IMG/VR virus record: IMGVR_UViG_3300023179_008562
Coordinates: 26,678 to 90,677 of that record
Strand: one strand, 5' to 3'
Source of the DNA: a virus
DNA: 64,000 bases
Shown here: positions 20,784-31,242 of the stretch, piece by piece
How positions within the stretch are numbered: the first letter of the stretch is position 1
How the letters are laid out: every line of letters begins with the position of its first letter
Made by a program: the position numbers and the translations under genes
Notes under the pieces: model-generated
Told to the model about the DNA's origin: nothing
Seen by the model: only the letters and a program-made list of their open reading frames with translations
Databases searched by the model: none

Positions 20784-21725
20784 ATGGCTTATCAGACCGG
20801 TGACTTGATCCTACGCGATCACTACAATACATTTGCAACAGGCAATGCCGATGGCACTGCCAACAATGCAGTAGCAAACATTAACACAGTATGGGGCGTG
20901 GGCTCAGGCGACAAGGGATATGGTCAGAGCACCACATTGTCGGCAGTGGCCACAGGTGATACTGTGACTGCCACACAATGGTCAACCTTGTTGGCAAGAT
21001 TAAACAGCGTCCTGACACACCAAGCGGGCACTGGTTCAGGTATCACCAACCCAACTGCTGGTAGTATAATCACTGCCTTGAGTACACTTCAAACCAACGT
21101 TACCAACGCATTCAATAACCGCGCAAACTTTAACAGTACACGCGGTACACCAGCAACCACCAGTTTGGCTGGAACCTGGAACGTTGCAAGCCCAACAACA
21201 TTCCAACAAGTTCGCACAGTGACATTTGCCAGCAGTGATCAGGCCAGATATTTCTTCAACGCCGGTGGCAGAATCGCATTGAGTTTTAGTGTGACCAACG
21301 GTGCAGACAATGCCAAAGAGTCAGCCTGGACCGCATTGTTGGGCACTAAATTGGCCACACTGAACTTTGATTTCACCACCAGTGGCCGTACCGGTACTGG
21401 CGGTACATTAACCACCGACGGCAGTGCAATTGGTTTCTGGGATCTGACAACATCAGATCAGACACTGATCAAATTAACAGATACCACTGCTGCTTACACC
21501 ACCAACTATGTGGAAGTGCTGGCCAAAATTTCAGGTACTGCAGGCAGCAATGGTGGGTTGGGTAACGTTATCACCTTTACCATTAACTATAATGATGCTG
21601 CAACTGATACATTTGATGATGCAATCAATATGATTATCAATGCCAACGTGGTTGTTACTCCACCAGAAACCACCAATCTTACCAACACCTGGGGCACAGT
21701 AACACCCGCCGCAACAGTAAACTAA
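20784..21725 (+). CDS. Virion structural protein
   Basis: T/A/N/G-rich, AGGA SD, last gene before the terminator. Confidence 0.55.
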   Translation: MAYQTGDLILRDHYNTFATGNADGTANNAVANINTVWGVGSGDKGYGQSTTLSAVATGDTVTATQWSTLLARLNSVLTHQAGTGSGITNPTAGSIITALSTLQTNVTNAFNNRANFNSTRGTPATTSLAGTWNVASPTTFQQVRTVTFASSDQARYFFNAGGRIALSFSVTNGADNAKESAWTALLGTKLATLNFDFTTSGRTGTGGTLTTDGSAIGFWDLTTSDQTLIKLTDTTAAYTTNYVEVLAKISGTAGSNGGLGNVITFTINYNDAATDTFDDAINMIINANVVVTPPETTNLTNTWGTVTPAATVN

Positions 21726-21752
21726 TTTGATTTTAATCGGTTAAGTTTGTAT

Positions 21753-21783
21753 AATAAAAGCACTGCTAGTCAGTGCTTTTATT
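21753..21783 (+). terminator. Intrinsic (possibly bidirectional) terminator
   Basis: aataaaagcactg-ctagt-cagtgcttttatt perfect hairpin with A and T tracts, at the end of the structural operon. Confidence 0.75.
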
Positions 21784-21815
21784 TTGACACCACACTTTCG
21801 TAGATAATTACAAGT

Positions 21816-22133
21816 ATGACCACCACCACTGAAAATATTATCAATCAGGTTAAACAAGCCACCGATTTTCAAATCAACAAACGTGCATTGCAGGAACGAA
21901 TTAAAATTGACCTGCACCTGGCCCACAATGGTGGGCTATTTTTAGTTGATCAAACTTTGCTGGCCTTTTTGTCCACCTGGCCCACAGATGAATTGTTTAT
22001 TGAGGATGTCTATGGCAATCCCATCTGTTGTGACCGATCAGAACTTTTGGCTCAGGCCCGGGAGTGTTATCAGACTGCAATGAATTCCTGGCATATTCAA
22101 CATGAAGAACTGCGACGTGTTAGAAAAATCTAA
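21816..22133 (+). CDS. Hypothetical protein
   Basis: 105-aa ORF, first gene of the modification block, preceded by ATAATTA. Confidence 0.6.
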   Translation: MTTTTENIINQVKQATDFQINKRALQERIKIDLHLAHNGGLFLVDQTLLAFLSTWPTDELFIEDVYGNPICCDRSELLAQARECYQTAMNSWHIQHEELRRVRKI

Positions 22134-22878
22134 AGGCGTATTGATCTTTGCCAACAACACTGGTTATATAGATTACACCACAATTGCCGCCAGAGCCCAA
22201 ACCCTTGCAGAACATTATCTTAAACTGCCAGTGACCATTGTCACGGGTCAGGATTTTGCCAATAAAAGATATAATATTGACTCGGGGAATTTTGAAGCGT
22301 GGCACAATGGTGGCAGATATCTGGCCTATGAGTTGAGCCCCTACGATCAGACTATTCTGATAGACAGCGATTACTTTGTTTTTGATGACAATCTACTGAA
22401 AATTTTAGACGTGGTAAATGATTATCAGATCACAAAAACAAATAATTATGTCTGCAGTCAACACAGCAATCAGATGGGACAATATAGCCTGGACACACTC
22501 TGGGCAACCGTGATTGTGTTTAATAAAACTCCCAAGACCCGAATGTTATTTGATCTGGTGGGCGTAATTGAGCGCAATTATCAATATTACAGAGACCTCT
22601 ACAACATCGAGGCCAGAAATTTCAGAAATGATTATGCATTTACCATTGCCGACAATATCATAAATGGATATTGTCCCAATCAGGAAAACTATTTACCCTG
22701 GCCTATTGTCAGCGTGCCTGGGCCCATTGATAGTCTGGAATTAAAAGATTTCAAGTTTTACCTGAAAACCTCAGGTCAGGCCCTGGTATTACCAAAGCAA
22801 AGTATTCATCTGATGAGCAAGGCCTGGTTATTATCTGATTCCTGCAAGCAATTAATCGAGGCAGCGACTAATGCGTGA
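22102..22878 (+). CDS. GT8-like (GT-A) glycosyltransferase
   Basis: SPYDQTILIDSD (DxD), RNDYAF and IHLMSK, in the order seen in GT8 proteins. Confidence 0.55.
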   Translation: MKNCDVLEKSKGVLIFANNTGYIDYTTIAARAQTLAEHYLKLPVTIVTGQDFANKRYNIDSGNFEAWHNGGRYLAYELSPYDQTILIDSDYFVFDDNLLKILDVVNDYQITKTNNYVCSQHSNQMGQYSLDTLWATVIVFNKTPKTRMLFDLVGVIERNYQYYRDLYNIEARNFRNDYAFTIADNIINGYCPNQENYLPWPIVSVPGPIDSLELKDFKFYLKTSGQALVLPKQSIHLMSKAWLLSDSCKQLIEAATNA

Positions 22879-23689
22879 ATTTAAAAGTCAATTTGGGTTC
22901 TTGACCATTGCACAAAATAACGACAACACTGATTATCTGGAGTTGGCGTATCAGCAAGCACTGAACGTCAAGGCAACACAAAAACAAAATCAATTTGCGG
23001 TACTGGTGGATGCTGACACTGCCAAATTCATCACTGATCAGCATCGTGAGATTTTTGATTATATTATTGAATTCTCGACTGACCATGCTAAAAATGAACA
23101 CTGGAAGATGAGCAATGAATGGCAGGTATTCCATCTGACCCCTTTCAAAGAAACCATTAAACTTGAAAGTGATTTGTTATTCACGCGGGACATCACACAT
23201 TGGTTAGACGGGCTAAGACTCAGAGACATCTGCTTTAGTTTGCACTGTAAAAATCTCCAGTCTGAGAATATTACATCGAGTCCCTACAGAAAGATTTTTA
23301 AAGAAAACGACTTGCCGGACATCTACACTGGCATGTATTATTTTAGATACAGTCAGACGAGTGCGGACTTTTTTAGAACGGTGCGTGATGTTTATGCTGG
23401 TTGGGATACAGTAAAAAATCATCTGGCGTTGATCAATGAACCGCCCACTACAGACCTTGCATTTGCAGTGGCGGTAAAAATCGTCGGGTCTGATATCTGC
23501 ACCATTCCTACCCAGGATTTTTTTAACTTTGTTCATCTAAAACCACAAATTCAGGGCTGGAATGAAACTCAAGCAGTGACTGATCATACAAATATTGAAT
23601 GGCAGAACGATATAGTAAGAATCAACAATCGCAATCAGTATTACCCAGTACATTATTACGAGAAGGGGTTTGTTCATGCTACCAGGTGA
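22871..23689 (+). CDS. GT8-like glycosyltransferase paralog
   Basis: TPFKETIKLESD (ExD), TTDLAF and FVHLKP; colinear with the previous gene. Confidence 0.5.
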   Translation: MREFKSQFGFLTIAQNNDNTDYLELAYQQALNVKATQKQNQFAVLVDADTAKFITDQHREIFDYIIEFSTDHAKNEHWKMSNEWQVFHLTPFKETIKLESDLLFTRDITHWLDGLRLRDICFSLHCKNLQSENITSSPYRKIFKENDLPDIYTGMYYFRYSQTSADFFRTVRDVYAGWDTVKNHLALINEPPTTDLAFAVAVKIVGSDICTIPTQDFFNFVHLKPQIQGWNETQAVTDHTNIEWQNDIVRINNRNQYYPVHYYEKGFVHATR

Positions 23690-24032
23690 GTCTGAATTTT
23701 TGCAGGCATTGTCGTCGGCTATATCAGCGACACCGGCGGTTGAAGAATACCGTGCATATTATGACGCGGATGGCTGGGTCACAGGATTTTCGGGCAGTGG
23801 ATTTCCTGACAATGACAATTGGATAAACATCAGCAGAGAAATGTATGTGACACATGATTGGAGTTGCATGCGAGTAGTTGATGGAAAAATTTGTCGAGTC
23901 GAACCTGTATATTTTCATCATTTTGCTTTGACTCGCAGCAACAAGGGTGTTAAAGTAGTAAAAGATCATGCTGGAATTGTTGTAGAAGATGACTATTTAG
24001 AGACGGAATATTATGAGCGTAGAAATCGTTGA
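23676..24032 (+). CDS. Hypothetical protein
   Basis: ATG with AAGGGG SD, overlaps both neighbours. Confidence 0.6.
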   Translation: MLPGESEFLQALSSAISATPAVEEYRAYYDADGWVTGFSGSGFPDNDNWINISREMYVTHDWSCMRVVDGKICRVEPVYFHHFALTRSNKGVKVVKDHAGIVVEDDYLETEYYERRNR

Positions 24033-24909
24033 TGTTGCAGATTTAGATTGTATTTTTCTCACCTATGACGAGCCAAAAAAAGAAGAATTCTGGATTAAAA
24101 TTCAGAACATGGTGCCCTGGGCCCGACGTGTAGATGGAGTCAAAGGGTCGGATGCAGCACACAAAGCCGCTGCTGACGCCAGCGATACTGACCGCTTCGT
24201 GCTGATTGACGGTGACAATTTACCAGATCCAGAATTTTTTAATCTGCAGTTGAAGCTGGATACAACCAATCGGGACTGTGTGTTTCGCTGGAAAGCCAGA
24301 AACATCATTAATGGCCTGCAATATGGTAATGGTGGCATGAGCTGCTGGACCAAGGACTTTGTCCGCAACATGAAGACTCATGAAGCCAGTGACGGTTTAG
24401 CAGCCAACGATGTGGAATTCTGCTTCTACCCCAACTATTGGTCCATGAACGATTGTTACAGTGCAACCTATCCCAATGCCACACCTTTCCAGGCCTGGCG
24501 AGCTGGGTTCCGCGAGGGTGTCAAAATGTGTCTGGATCGTGGCGCCCGACCCAATATTGAACAATTCAAAGACCGTATTGTCAGTAGAAATTATGACAAT
24601 CTCTGCATCTGGCAGACGGTGGGGGCAGATGTGGAAAATGGCTTCTGGGCCATCTATGGTGCCAGACTGGGCACACAACTAACCATGCTGCAGGACTGGG
24701 ATTACCGGCAGGTACAGTGGTTTGATGCATTGTCTGAACTGTGGCAAAATTACAAAGATCACGAGCCTGATCATTGCACTGCTGTGGGCGATGAACTACG
24801 TCAGAGATTGGGGTTGAAAATTGTCGACATGGATCCCGACGCCAGTGCATTTTTCAAGCATCATTACCGGAGCAATTTTCAGAACAAAGGACCAATGATT
24901 CGTGAGTAA
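24013..24909 (+). CDS. GT-A-like glycosyltransferase
   Basis: IFLTYDEP...AHKAAA...FVLIDGDN (DxD)...YGNGG...AWRAGFREGVK. Confidence 0.55.
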   Translation: MSVEIVDVADLDCIFLTYDEPKKEEFWIKIQNMVPWARRVDGVKGSDAAHKAAADASDTDRFVLIDGDNLPDPEFFNLQLKLDTTNRDCVFRWKARNIINGLQYGNGGMSCWTKDFVRNMKTHEASDGLAANDVEFCFYPNYWSMNDCYSATYPNATPFQAWRAGFREGVKMCLDRGARPNIEQFKDRIVSRNYDNLCIWQTVGADVENGFWAIYGARLGTQLTMLQDWDYRQVQWFDALSELWQNYKDHEPDHCTAVGDELRQRLGLKIVDMDPDASAFFKHHYRSNFQNKGPMIRE

Positions 24910-26293
24910 GAGCAAGTTCATGGGTACTGCTGAGGAAATGCGTGAAAAATTAGGTCATGCACTGTGCCTGGCCAAATGGCAGCAGGTTAGTTTACATTTG
25001 CCCACTGGGTTAACCAATAGTTGCTATCATCCTCCCTTGCATGAAATTGATGCTGCACCACTGACGTTTAATCCCGGTGCACTGCACAATACTGCACACA
25101 AGAAAGCGCAACGTAAGTTGATGCTAGAGCAGCAACGTCCGTCGGAGTGTGCCTATTGCTGGTCAGCTGAAGACAACGGCCAACTTAGTGACAGGCATTA
25201 TCGCAGTGGCGAACCTTGGGCAGCAGAACACTATGAAGAAATAGCCCATGGCTCTTGGGATCAGGATGCCACACCCAGTTATGTGGAAGTTAACTTTAGT
25301 CATGGCTGCAACCTAGCTTGTAGTTATTGTAGCCCACAGTTCAGTACCGAGTGGGGCAAAGAAATTGATCGCTGGGGGGCCTATCCCACCACCACACCGC
25401 ACAATGACCCCATACACTTTCAGGGACGCCGCAAACCCATTCCGGTTCGTGAAGAAAATCCCTATGTGGACGCCTTCTGGCGCTGGTGGCCAGAATTGTA
25501 TCCCCACCTCAAGCATTTTCGCATGACTGGTGGTGAGCCACTCATGGACAAAAACACTCACCGAGTGTTTGATTACATCCTGGCCCTGCCCAAAAGCGAT
25601 TTGCATGTGGACGTCACCAGCAATTTTAGTGTGGATGATGCACTGTTTGAAAAATACATGCACAAGGTTGAGCAACTGTGTCAGGGCACAAAAATTGAAC
25701 ACTTCATGCAGTATGTGAGTTTGGATTCGGGTATTAAAGAGCAGAGTGAGTACATACGCGGTGGGCTCAATCTAGACAAGTGTCTGCATAATACTGAAGA
25801 ATTTCTAACCAGAGTGCCCTATCGTAACAGTCTGACTTATATCATTACCATGAGCAACCTCAATATTCTAGGTCTGCGAAAGTTATTGGAAATCATTCTG
25901 GAACAACGTAAAAAACACAGTCTGACTTATCAGCGTGTCTGGTTTGATACTCCCCTGCTGCGACAGCCCACCTGGCAGAGTCTGCAAATTTTGCCAGCTA
26001 GTTATGTTAGAATATTAGAAGATGTTGCTGATTGGATGGAGTCCCATCAACTACCCGAAGGTGTTGATAGATTTGATGGATTCAAAGATTATGAAGTTCA
26101 ACGCATGCGCAGAAATATTGCCTGGATGAAAAATGGGCGGGATCTAGATCCTGAATATATACAACAACAACGTGCAGATTTTTATAGATTTTTTAACGAA
26201 TACGACAAGCGTCGAGGATTTAGTTTTATTAGCAGCTTCCCCACAATGAAGGAATTCTGGCAAGAGTGCCGATATTATGCCGAAAATACATAA
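24902..26293 (+). CDS. Radical SAM protein with N-terminal twitch-like Cys cluster
   Basis: CNLACSYC and TGGEP; N-terminal CLAKW...SCYHP...CAYC. Confidence 0.85.
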   Translation: MSKSKFMGTAEEMREKLGHALCLAKWQQVSLHLPTGLTNSCYHPPLHEIDAAPLTFNPGALHNTAHKKAQRKLMLEQQRPSECAYCWSAEDNGQLSDRHYRSGEPWAAEHYEEIAHGSWDQDATPSYVEVNFSHGCNLACSYCSPQFSTEWGKEIDRWGAYPTTTPHNDPIHFQGRRKPIPVREENPYVDAFWRWWPELYPHLKHFRMTGGEPLMDKNTHRVFDYILALPKSDLHVDVTSNFSVDDALFEKYMHKVEQLCQGTKIEHFMQYVSLDSGIKEQSEYIRGGLNLDKCLHNTEEFLTRVPYRNSLTYIITMSNLNILGLRKLLEIILEQRKKHSLTYQRVWFDTPLLRQPTWQSLQILPASYVRILEDVADWMESHQLPEGVDRFDGFKDYEVQRMRRNIAWMKNGRDLDPEYIQQQRADFYRFFNEYDKRRGFSFISSFPTMKEFWQECRYYAENT

Positions 26294-27629
26294 CGAAACA
26301 GATTTAGAATATAGACGTAGAGTAATCGACATCAAGTCTGAAAGTTTCTGTGCCGCCAAATGGTACAATGCCACTATCTGGCTGGGGTCGGGTATGACCA
26401 CTAGTTGTCATCACCCATTACCACATAAAGTTTCAGTCCAAGAGGTAGAGGCCAACCCCAGAGCTCTGCATAATACGCCACGCAAAAAGCAAGAACGTCA
26501 TCAGATGCAACAGGGAGAAAGACCTACCGGCTGTGAGTATTGCTGGAAAATTGAAGACATGGGCGTGGATGCCATAAGCGATAGAGTATATAAAACTGTA
26601 ATTTATAAAGACGAGGACCTGGATCTTGCATACAACACTGATTGGAATTCGGACATTAATCTTAAAACTTTGGAAATCGCATTTGATAGAACTTGCCAGT
26701 TGGCCTGCAGCTATTGTAATCCTGCTTTCAGCACTAGCTGGGTACGCGATATTCACCGAAATGGAGCATACATCAATCTGGTCAGCGATGGTCGTAACCA
26801 TTTCACTCATGAGCATGATAGTGCTCAACTTTATAAACTCGGTGAAACTAATCCGTATGTGGAAGCATTCTTCAAATGGTGGGAAACCGACCTCCACCAG
26901 ACCCTGACTGAACTCAGAATCACCGGCGGTGAACCGCTCATGAGCGGGTATACAAAACGTCTGTTGGATTGGTTCAAGAATAATCGTGGAGCTAGTACGA
27001 CCAGACTGGCCATTAATAGCAACCTGTGCTTTGACCAATCAGTGCTGGAAGAATTACTAGACAGTACCCAAGGCATCGAACTTGATCTGTATACCAGCAA
27101 TGAAAGTCTGGGCGCTCATGCAGAATACATTCGCGATGGGCTTGAATGGCAGCAGTGGACGGATAACATGTGGTTCTTGATGCGCAGCGGTCGGTTGCGT
27201 AGCTTGCATGTCATGTGCACAATTAATGCTCTTTGCCTGGAAAGTTTGCCAGAATTTCTAACCATGCTCATGGAATGGAAAAGTCAATGGGGTCGAAATA
27301 ACCCCAACTTTACATTAAACATTCTGCGTTTTCCCAGTTTTCAGAGTCCATTGGTGCTGCCTGATGATATTCGTATGAAACATCGACAGAGACTGGTGGA
27401 TTGGTTAAATAGATTTAATGATCATTGCATGCTTCATGAGCATGAAAAGAATCATGTGCAACGTCTGATTGATTATTTGGATATTGTTAAAACTCCACAC
27501 AGTGATGCGTTTGACTTGCCAGCATTACATAACGATTTCAAACAGTTTCATCAACAATATGATCAGCGTCGTGACAAGGATTTTAAAACAACATTCCCAC
27601 AACTGGCCGATTGGTACACAACACTATGA
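26277..27629 (+). CDS. Radical SAM protein with N-terminal twitch-like Cys cluster
   Basis: CQLACSYC and TGGEP; CAAKW...SCHHP...CEYC. Confidence 0.85.
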   Translation: MPKIHNETDLEYRRRVIDIKSESFCAAKWYNATIWLGSGMTTSCHHPLPHKVSVQEVEANPRALHNTPRKKQERHQMQQGERPTGCEYCWKIEDMGVDAISDRVYKTVIYKDEDLDLAYNTDWNSDINLKTLEIAFDRTCQLACSYCNPAFSTSWVRDIHRNGAYINLVSDGRNHFTHEHDSAQLYKLGETNPYVEAFFKWWETDLHQTLTELRITGGEPLMSGYTKRLLDWFKNNRGASTTRLAINSNLCFDQSVLEELLDSTQGIELDLYTSNESLGAHAEYIRDGLEWQQWTDNMWFLMRSGRLRSLHVMCTINALCLESLPEFLTMLMEWKSQWGRNNPNFTLNILRFPSFQSPLVLPDDIRMKHRQRLVDWLNRFNDHCMLHEHEKNHVQRLIDYLDIVKTPHSDAFDLPALHNDFKQFHQQYDQRRDKDFKTTFPQLADWYTTL

Positions 27630-28969
27630 GCGATTCAAACGATATTAAAAGTTTTTATAATAAAGGCTACAGTTACACGGCCAGAGCACCATATTTTGCT
27701 GATCTGGAAAGTTTAACAGAGAGACAAAAAGAATTGCTTTTGGAGAGCAAGACATTTTGTATGTTGCCCTGGGTGCACATGCATGCATTTCCTGATGGAA
27801 GAGTTTATCCTTGTTGTTTGGCAGACTACTGGCATCCCCTGGGGGATTTACGTAAAGACGACATGGTGACTGTGTGGAATCAAGATGCCTATAAACAGTT
27901 GCGTCAAAACATGCTGACTGAGAAGCCTAGTAAGGAATGCAACAAATGCTATGAACAAGAGAAAAGTGGATTTTTCAGCATGCGGTATGATGCCAACAGA
28001 AATTATGGTCATCATATTGCAGAAGTAGAACAGACTCTTGAAGATGGTGAGCATCCAGAATTCAATATTAGATACTGGGATGTGAGATTCAGTAATCTCT
28101 GCAATTTCCGTTGCAGAACCTGTGGGCCTATCTTTAGCAGTAATTGGTATAGTGATCACATTAAACTTTATAATAGAAACCCAGATGTTTTGGGTAGGGA
28201 AATGACCACAGTGGAGTACGCTGGCCGCCATGAGATGGATATCTGGGAGCAAATGCAACCACACATCCCGCATTTGGAACAAGTTTATTTTGCTGGTGGC
28301 GAACCTTTGATCATGAAAGAGCATTACCTGTTACTGGAAAAATTGATCGAGTTGGGCAAGACTGATGTCAGACTCATGTACAATACCAATTTTAGTGAGC
28401 TCAGATATAAAAATAAACATGTGTTTGAGTACTGGAAGCATTTTAAAACTGTTAACGTTGGTGCTAGTCTGGATGCCAGTGGTTCCCGCGCAGAAATCCT
28501 ACGTAAAGGCACTGATTGGCAGCAAACGGTGGAGAATCGCGAGCGTATGATGCGTGAAGTCCCACACGCTGATTTTTATATCAGCGCAACTGTTAGTGCC
28601 GCTAATGTGTTGCATGTATTGGATTTTCACCGTGAATGGACTGAGTTGGGCCTAATAAAAGCTAAAGATTTTAATGTTAACATTTGTCAGAGTCCTGAAT
28701 GGCACAGAATTGATGTATTACCAGAACAATTTAAACGAGAAGTGGTTGAGCCAGCATATCGTAAACATCTGGAATGGTTGCGCCCGCAGGACGATTTAAA
28801 ACGAGCTACAAATGGTTTTGAAAGTGCCATCAACTTTATGATGGCCAAGGACAACAGCCAACACTGGAATAAGTTTGTTGCGGAGACCGCCAAACTTGAT
28901 CGAGTCAGAAATGAAGATTTCTGGCAAGTATTTACTGAATTGAGCTCTTTACCACATGACATTACCTAA
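27626..28969 (+). CDS. Radical SAM protein with N-terminal twitch-like Cys cluster
   Basis: CNFRCRTC and AGGEP; CMLPW...PCC...CNKC; start placed at the ATGA overlap. Confidence 0.85.
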   Translation: MSDSNDIKSFYNKGYSYTARAPYFADLESLTERQKELLLESKTFCMLPWVHMHAFPDGRVYPCCLADYWHPLGDLRKDDMVTVWNQDAYKQLRQNMLTEKPSKECNKCYEQEKSGFFSMRYDANRNYGHHIAEVEQTLEDGEHPEFNIRYWDVRFSNLCNFRCRTCGPIFSSNWYSDHIKLYNRNPDVLGREMTTVEYAGRHEMDIWEQMQPHIPHLEQVYFAGGEPLIMKEHYLLLEKLIELGKTDVRLMYNTNFSELRYKNKHVFEYWKHFKTVNVGASLDASGSRAEILRKGTDWQQTVENRERMMREVPHADFYISATVSAANVLHVLDFHREWTELGLIKAKDFNVNICQSPEWHRIDVLPEQFKREVVEPAYRKHLEWLRPQDDLKRATNGFESAINFMMAKDNSQHWNKFVAETAKLDRVRNEDFWQVFTELSSLPHDIT

Positions 28970-30155
28970 TAGCATTTGCATATTGCCCTGGATTAGTGTT
29001 GAGACCAGCCCTGTTGGAACAGTGCGACCCTGTTGTTTAGCCAAAGATGAAATAACCAAACCATCGGGCGAAAAATACTTGCTTAAAGAGCATAATCTGG
29101 AAGAGATTTATCAGAGCAAGTACATGCAACGTCTCAGACAGGAATTTTTATCAGGAAATAAACCCCCCACTTGCGATCGTTGCTGGGAAGAGGAAGCTGC
29201 AGGTCGAACCAGCAAAAGAATCAACAGTCGAGTTCGTCTTAAGGAGTATTATGATCAAGTGGATTGGCACAACGTCAATCCTGACCAATTGTGGTTCATT
29301 GATCTTAAATTGGGCAATATTTGCAATCTCAAATGTCGTATTTGCGGCAGCTGGAGCAGCAGCAAGTGGGTCCAGGAAGAAATTGATTATGTGCCAGGTC
29401 TTGTCAACAGAAAAGAACATCTGGCTTATAAGTTTTTGCAGCAGGGCGCTTGGCCCAGAGAAAGTCCTGATTTCTGGGAAAATTTAAAAAGTCTGTTGCC
29501 CAACATCAAATATTTTGAGTTTACGGGCGGAGAACCTTTTCTAATTCAACAACATTTTGATTTGTTGGAGTATGCTGCAGAACATGGCCACAGTCAGCAT
29601 ATTGATATTCATTACAATACCAATGGCACTGTGTTTCCCGACGCTGCTGAATTATGGAACAAGTTCAATCGTGTGGAAATTGCTTTCAGCATAGACAACG
29701 TTGGCGAGAGATTCGAGCTGGAACGTTATGGTGCTGACTGGTCAGAAGTACAGGAAAATTTAAATAAATTTTCGGCCATGCGCAGCAAGAAAATCACCAC
29801 GCAACTCTGCACCACCATGAATGCTCAGAATGTCTATTATTTGCCAGAAATTTGTGATTGGGCCAGTACTCAAGATTTTGACTACATATATTTCAATATG
29901 CTGCATGATCCCTGGCACATGAATATTGGTCGTATGACTCCTGCAGCACAACAGTTGGTGATTGAACGATTAACCAATCACAAGTTTCACACCAAATATC
30001 GTGCAGAGATTGAACGTATTATTCAGTTTATTCGTAATGGGTCTGGCAGTGATGGTCAGAAATTTCTAACAACAATGAAATTGGCCGACCAATACAGAAA
30101 ACAAAGTTTTGCTGAAACGCATCCTGAAATTGCCAAGGCCATGGGGTATGATTGA
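28956..30155 (+). CDS. Radical SAM protein with N-terminal twitch-like Cys cluster
   Basis: CNLKCRIC and TGGEP; CILPW...PCC...CDRC. Confidence 0.85.
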   Translation: MTLPNSICILPWISVETSPVGTVRPCCLAKDEITKPSGEKYLLKEHNLEEIYQSKYMQRLRQEFLSGNKPPTCDRCWEEEAAGRTSKRINSRVRLKEYYDQVDWHNVNPDQLWFIDLKLGNICNLKCRICGSWSSSKWVQEEIDYVPGLVNRKEHLAYKFLQQGAWPRESPDFWENLKSLLPNIKYFEFTGGEPFLIQQHFDLLEYAAEHGHSQHIDIHYNTNGTVFPDAAELWNKFNRVEIAFSIDNVGERFELERYGADWSEVQENLNKFSAMRSKKITTQLCTTMNAQNVYYLPEICDWASTQDFDYIYFNMLHDPWHMNIGRMTPAAQQLVIERLTNHKFHTKYRAEIERIIQFIRNGSGSDGQKFLTTMKLADQYRKQSFAETHPEIAKAMGYD

Positions 30156-31242
30156 TTATTTACCGACTGATGTTTGCGGGCCCTGGAAAGATGTTAACTC
30201 AAACAACATCTTTCAAACGGTGTATCAACAATTTAAATTGTTACAATGGGGGCAGATTTATTTTGTTTTAAATGTGCAAGACATTACAAGAATTTCCATA
30301 CCTAAAAATTATAAAAATATATTAATTAGTTTTCATACTGAATTTTATCATTATGACAAGTTGATACATTTTTTTAATTTACATGCTGACTGTGACTTTT
30401 TGTTAATTTGTGATGGTGATGCCAATGAAAATATATGGCCAGATCATGTAACATATTGTCCCTGGGTCACCTGGCACCAACAATTATCAATGGTTGTTGA
30501 TCGGTACGGATACAATCAGGAAAAACGATCCCCAACAAAACGACTGAGTGCATTAAGTCGGCGCAATGATTTTAATCGCGCAGCAATTATTGCATATCTA
30601 ATGAATGAATATGATCTAACAGACTGTATTGTTAGTTGGCATAATATAGACTATGGAATTTCACCCTGGTATTTTGATGCATCTGCCGGTGTGCCTGACA
30701 GAATCTGGCGATATCTAAGTAGTGAAAAATTTAGCCAACTCACCAATCTTTTTGCTGACGGCCCACTTGTGTTGCCCAACTTGCCAATCACCAATGGTGA
30801 TTGGAGAAAATCTGCGTATTTGGATGCAATTTTAAATCTTACCAATGAAGGGGTTTATGGAACAATGTTCAATCAGGATAAATGTTATACTACTCCTTAT
30901 TTAACAGAAAAAACTTGGAAACCTCTGATTGCCAGACAACCCTTTTTGCCAATAGGGCAGTTTAATACACTGACGCATCTTTCTAAATTGGGTATGAATT
31001 TTGACTATGGATTCAATTTGGATTTTGATCAGTGCAAACATGATTTTGATCGAATGATCAAAATATATGAGTTGCTTGAACATATTAAAAATATGGATTT
31101 TAATTCTTTGTTGAATGATTCCCAACCGTCAGCTGATCATAATTTAGAAATTATTATTAACGGCGAATTTTCAAAAAAATGTCAGGAACATAATAATGAA
31201 AATTTTGATTTGGTTGACAACTGGGTCTCAAGACACAGATGA
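30148..31242 (+). CDS. Hypothetical protein, GT10 (fucosyltransferase)-like C-terminal motif
   Basis: LTNEG...PYLTEKTWKPLIARQPFLPIG resembles the GT10 EN...YITEK...P motif; AT-rich. Confidence 0.4.
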   Translation: MIDYLPTDVCGPWKDVNSNNIFQTVYQQFKLLQWGQIYFVLNVQDITRISIPKNYKNILISFHTEFYHYDKLIHFFNLHADCDFLLICDGDANENIWPDHVTYCPWVTWHQQLSMVVDRYGYNQEKRSPTKRLSALSRRNDFNRAAIIAYLMNEYDLTDCIVSWHNIDYGISPWYFDASAGVPDRIWRYLSSEKFSQLTNLFADGPLVLPNLPITNGDWRKSAYLDAILNLTNEGVYGTMFNQDKCYTTPYLTEKTWKPLIARQPFLPIGQFNTLTHLSKLGMNFDYGFNLDFDQCKHDFDRMIKIYELLEHIKNMDFNSLLNDSQPSADHNLEIIINGEFSKKCQEHNNENFDLVDNWVSRHR

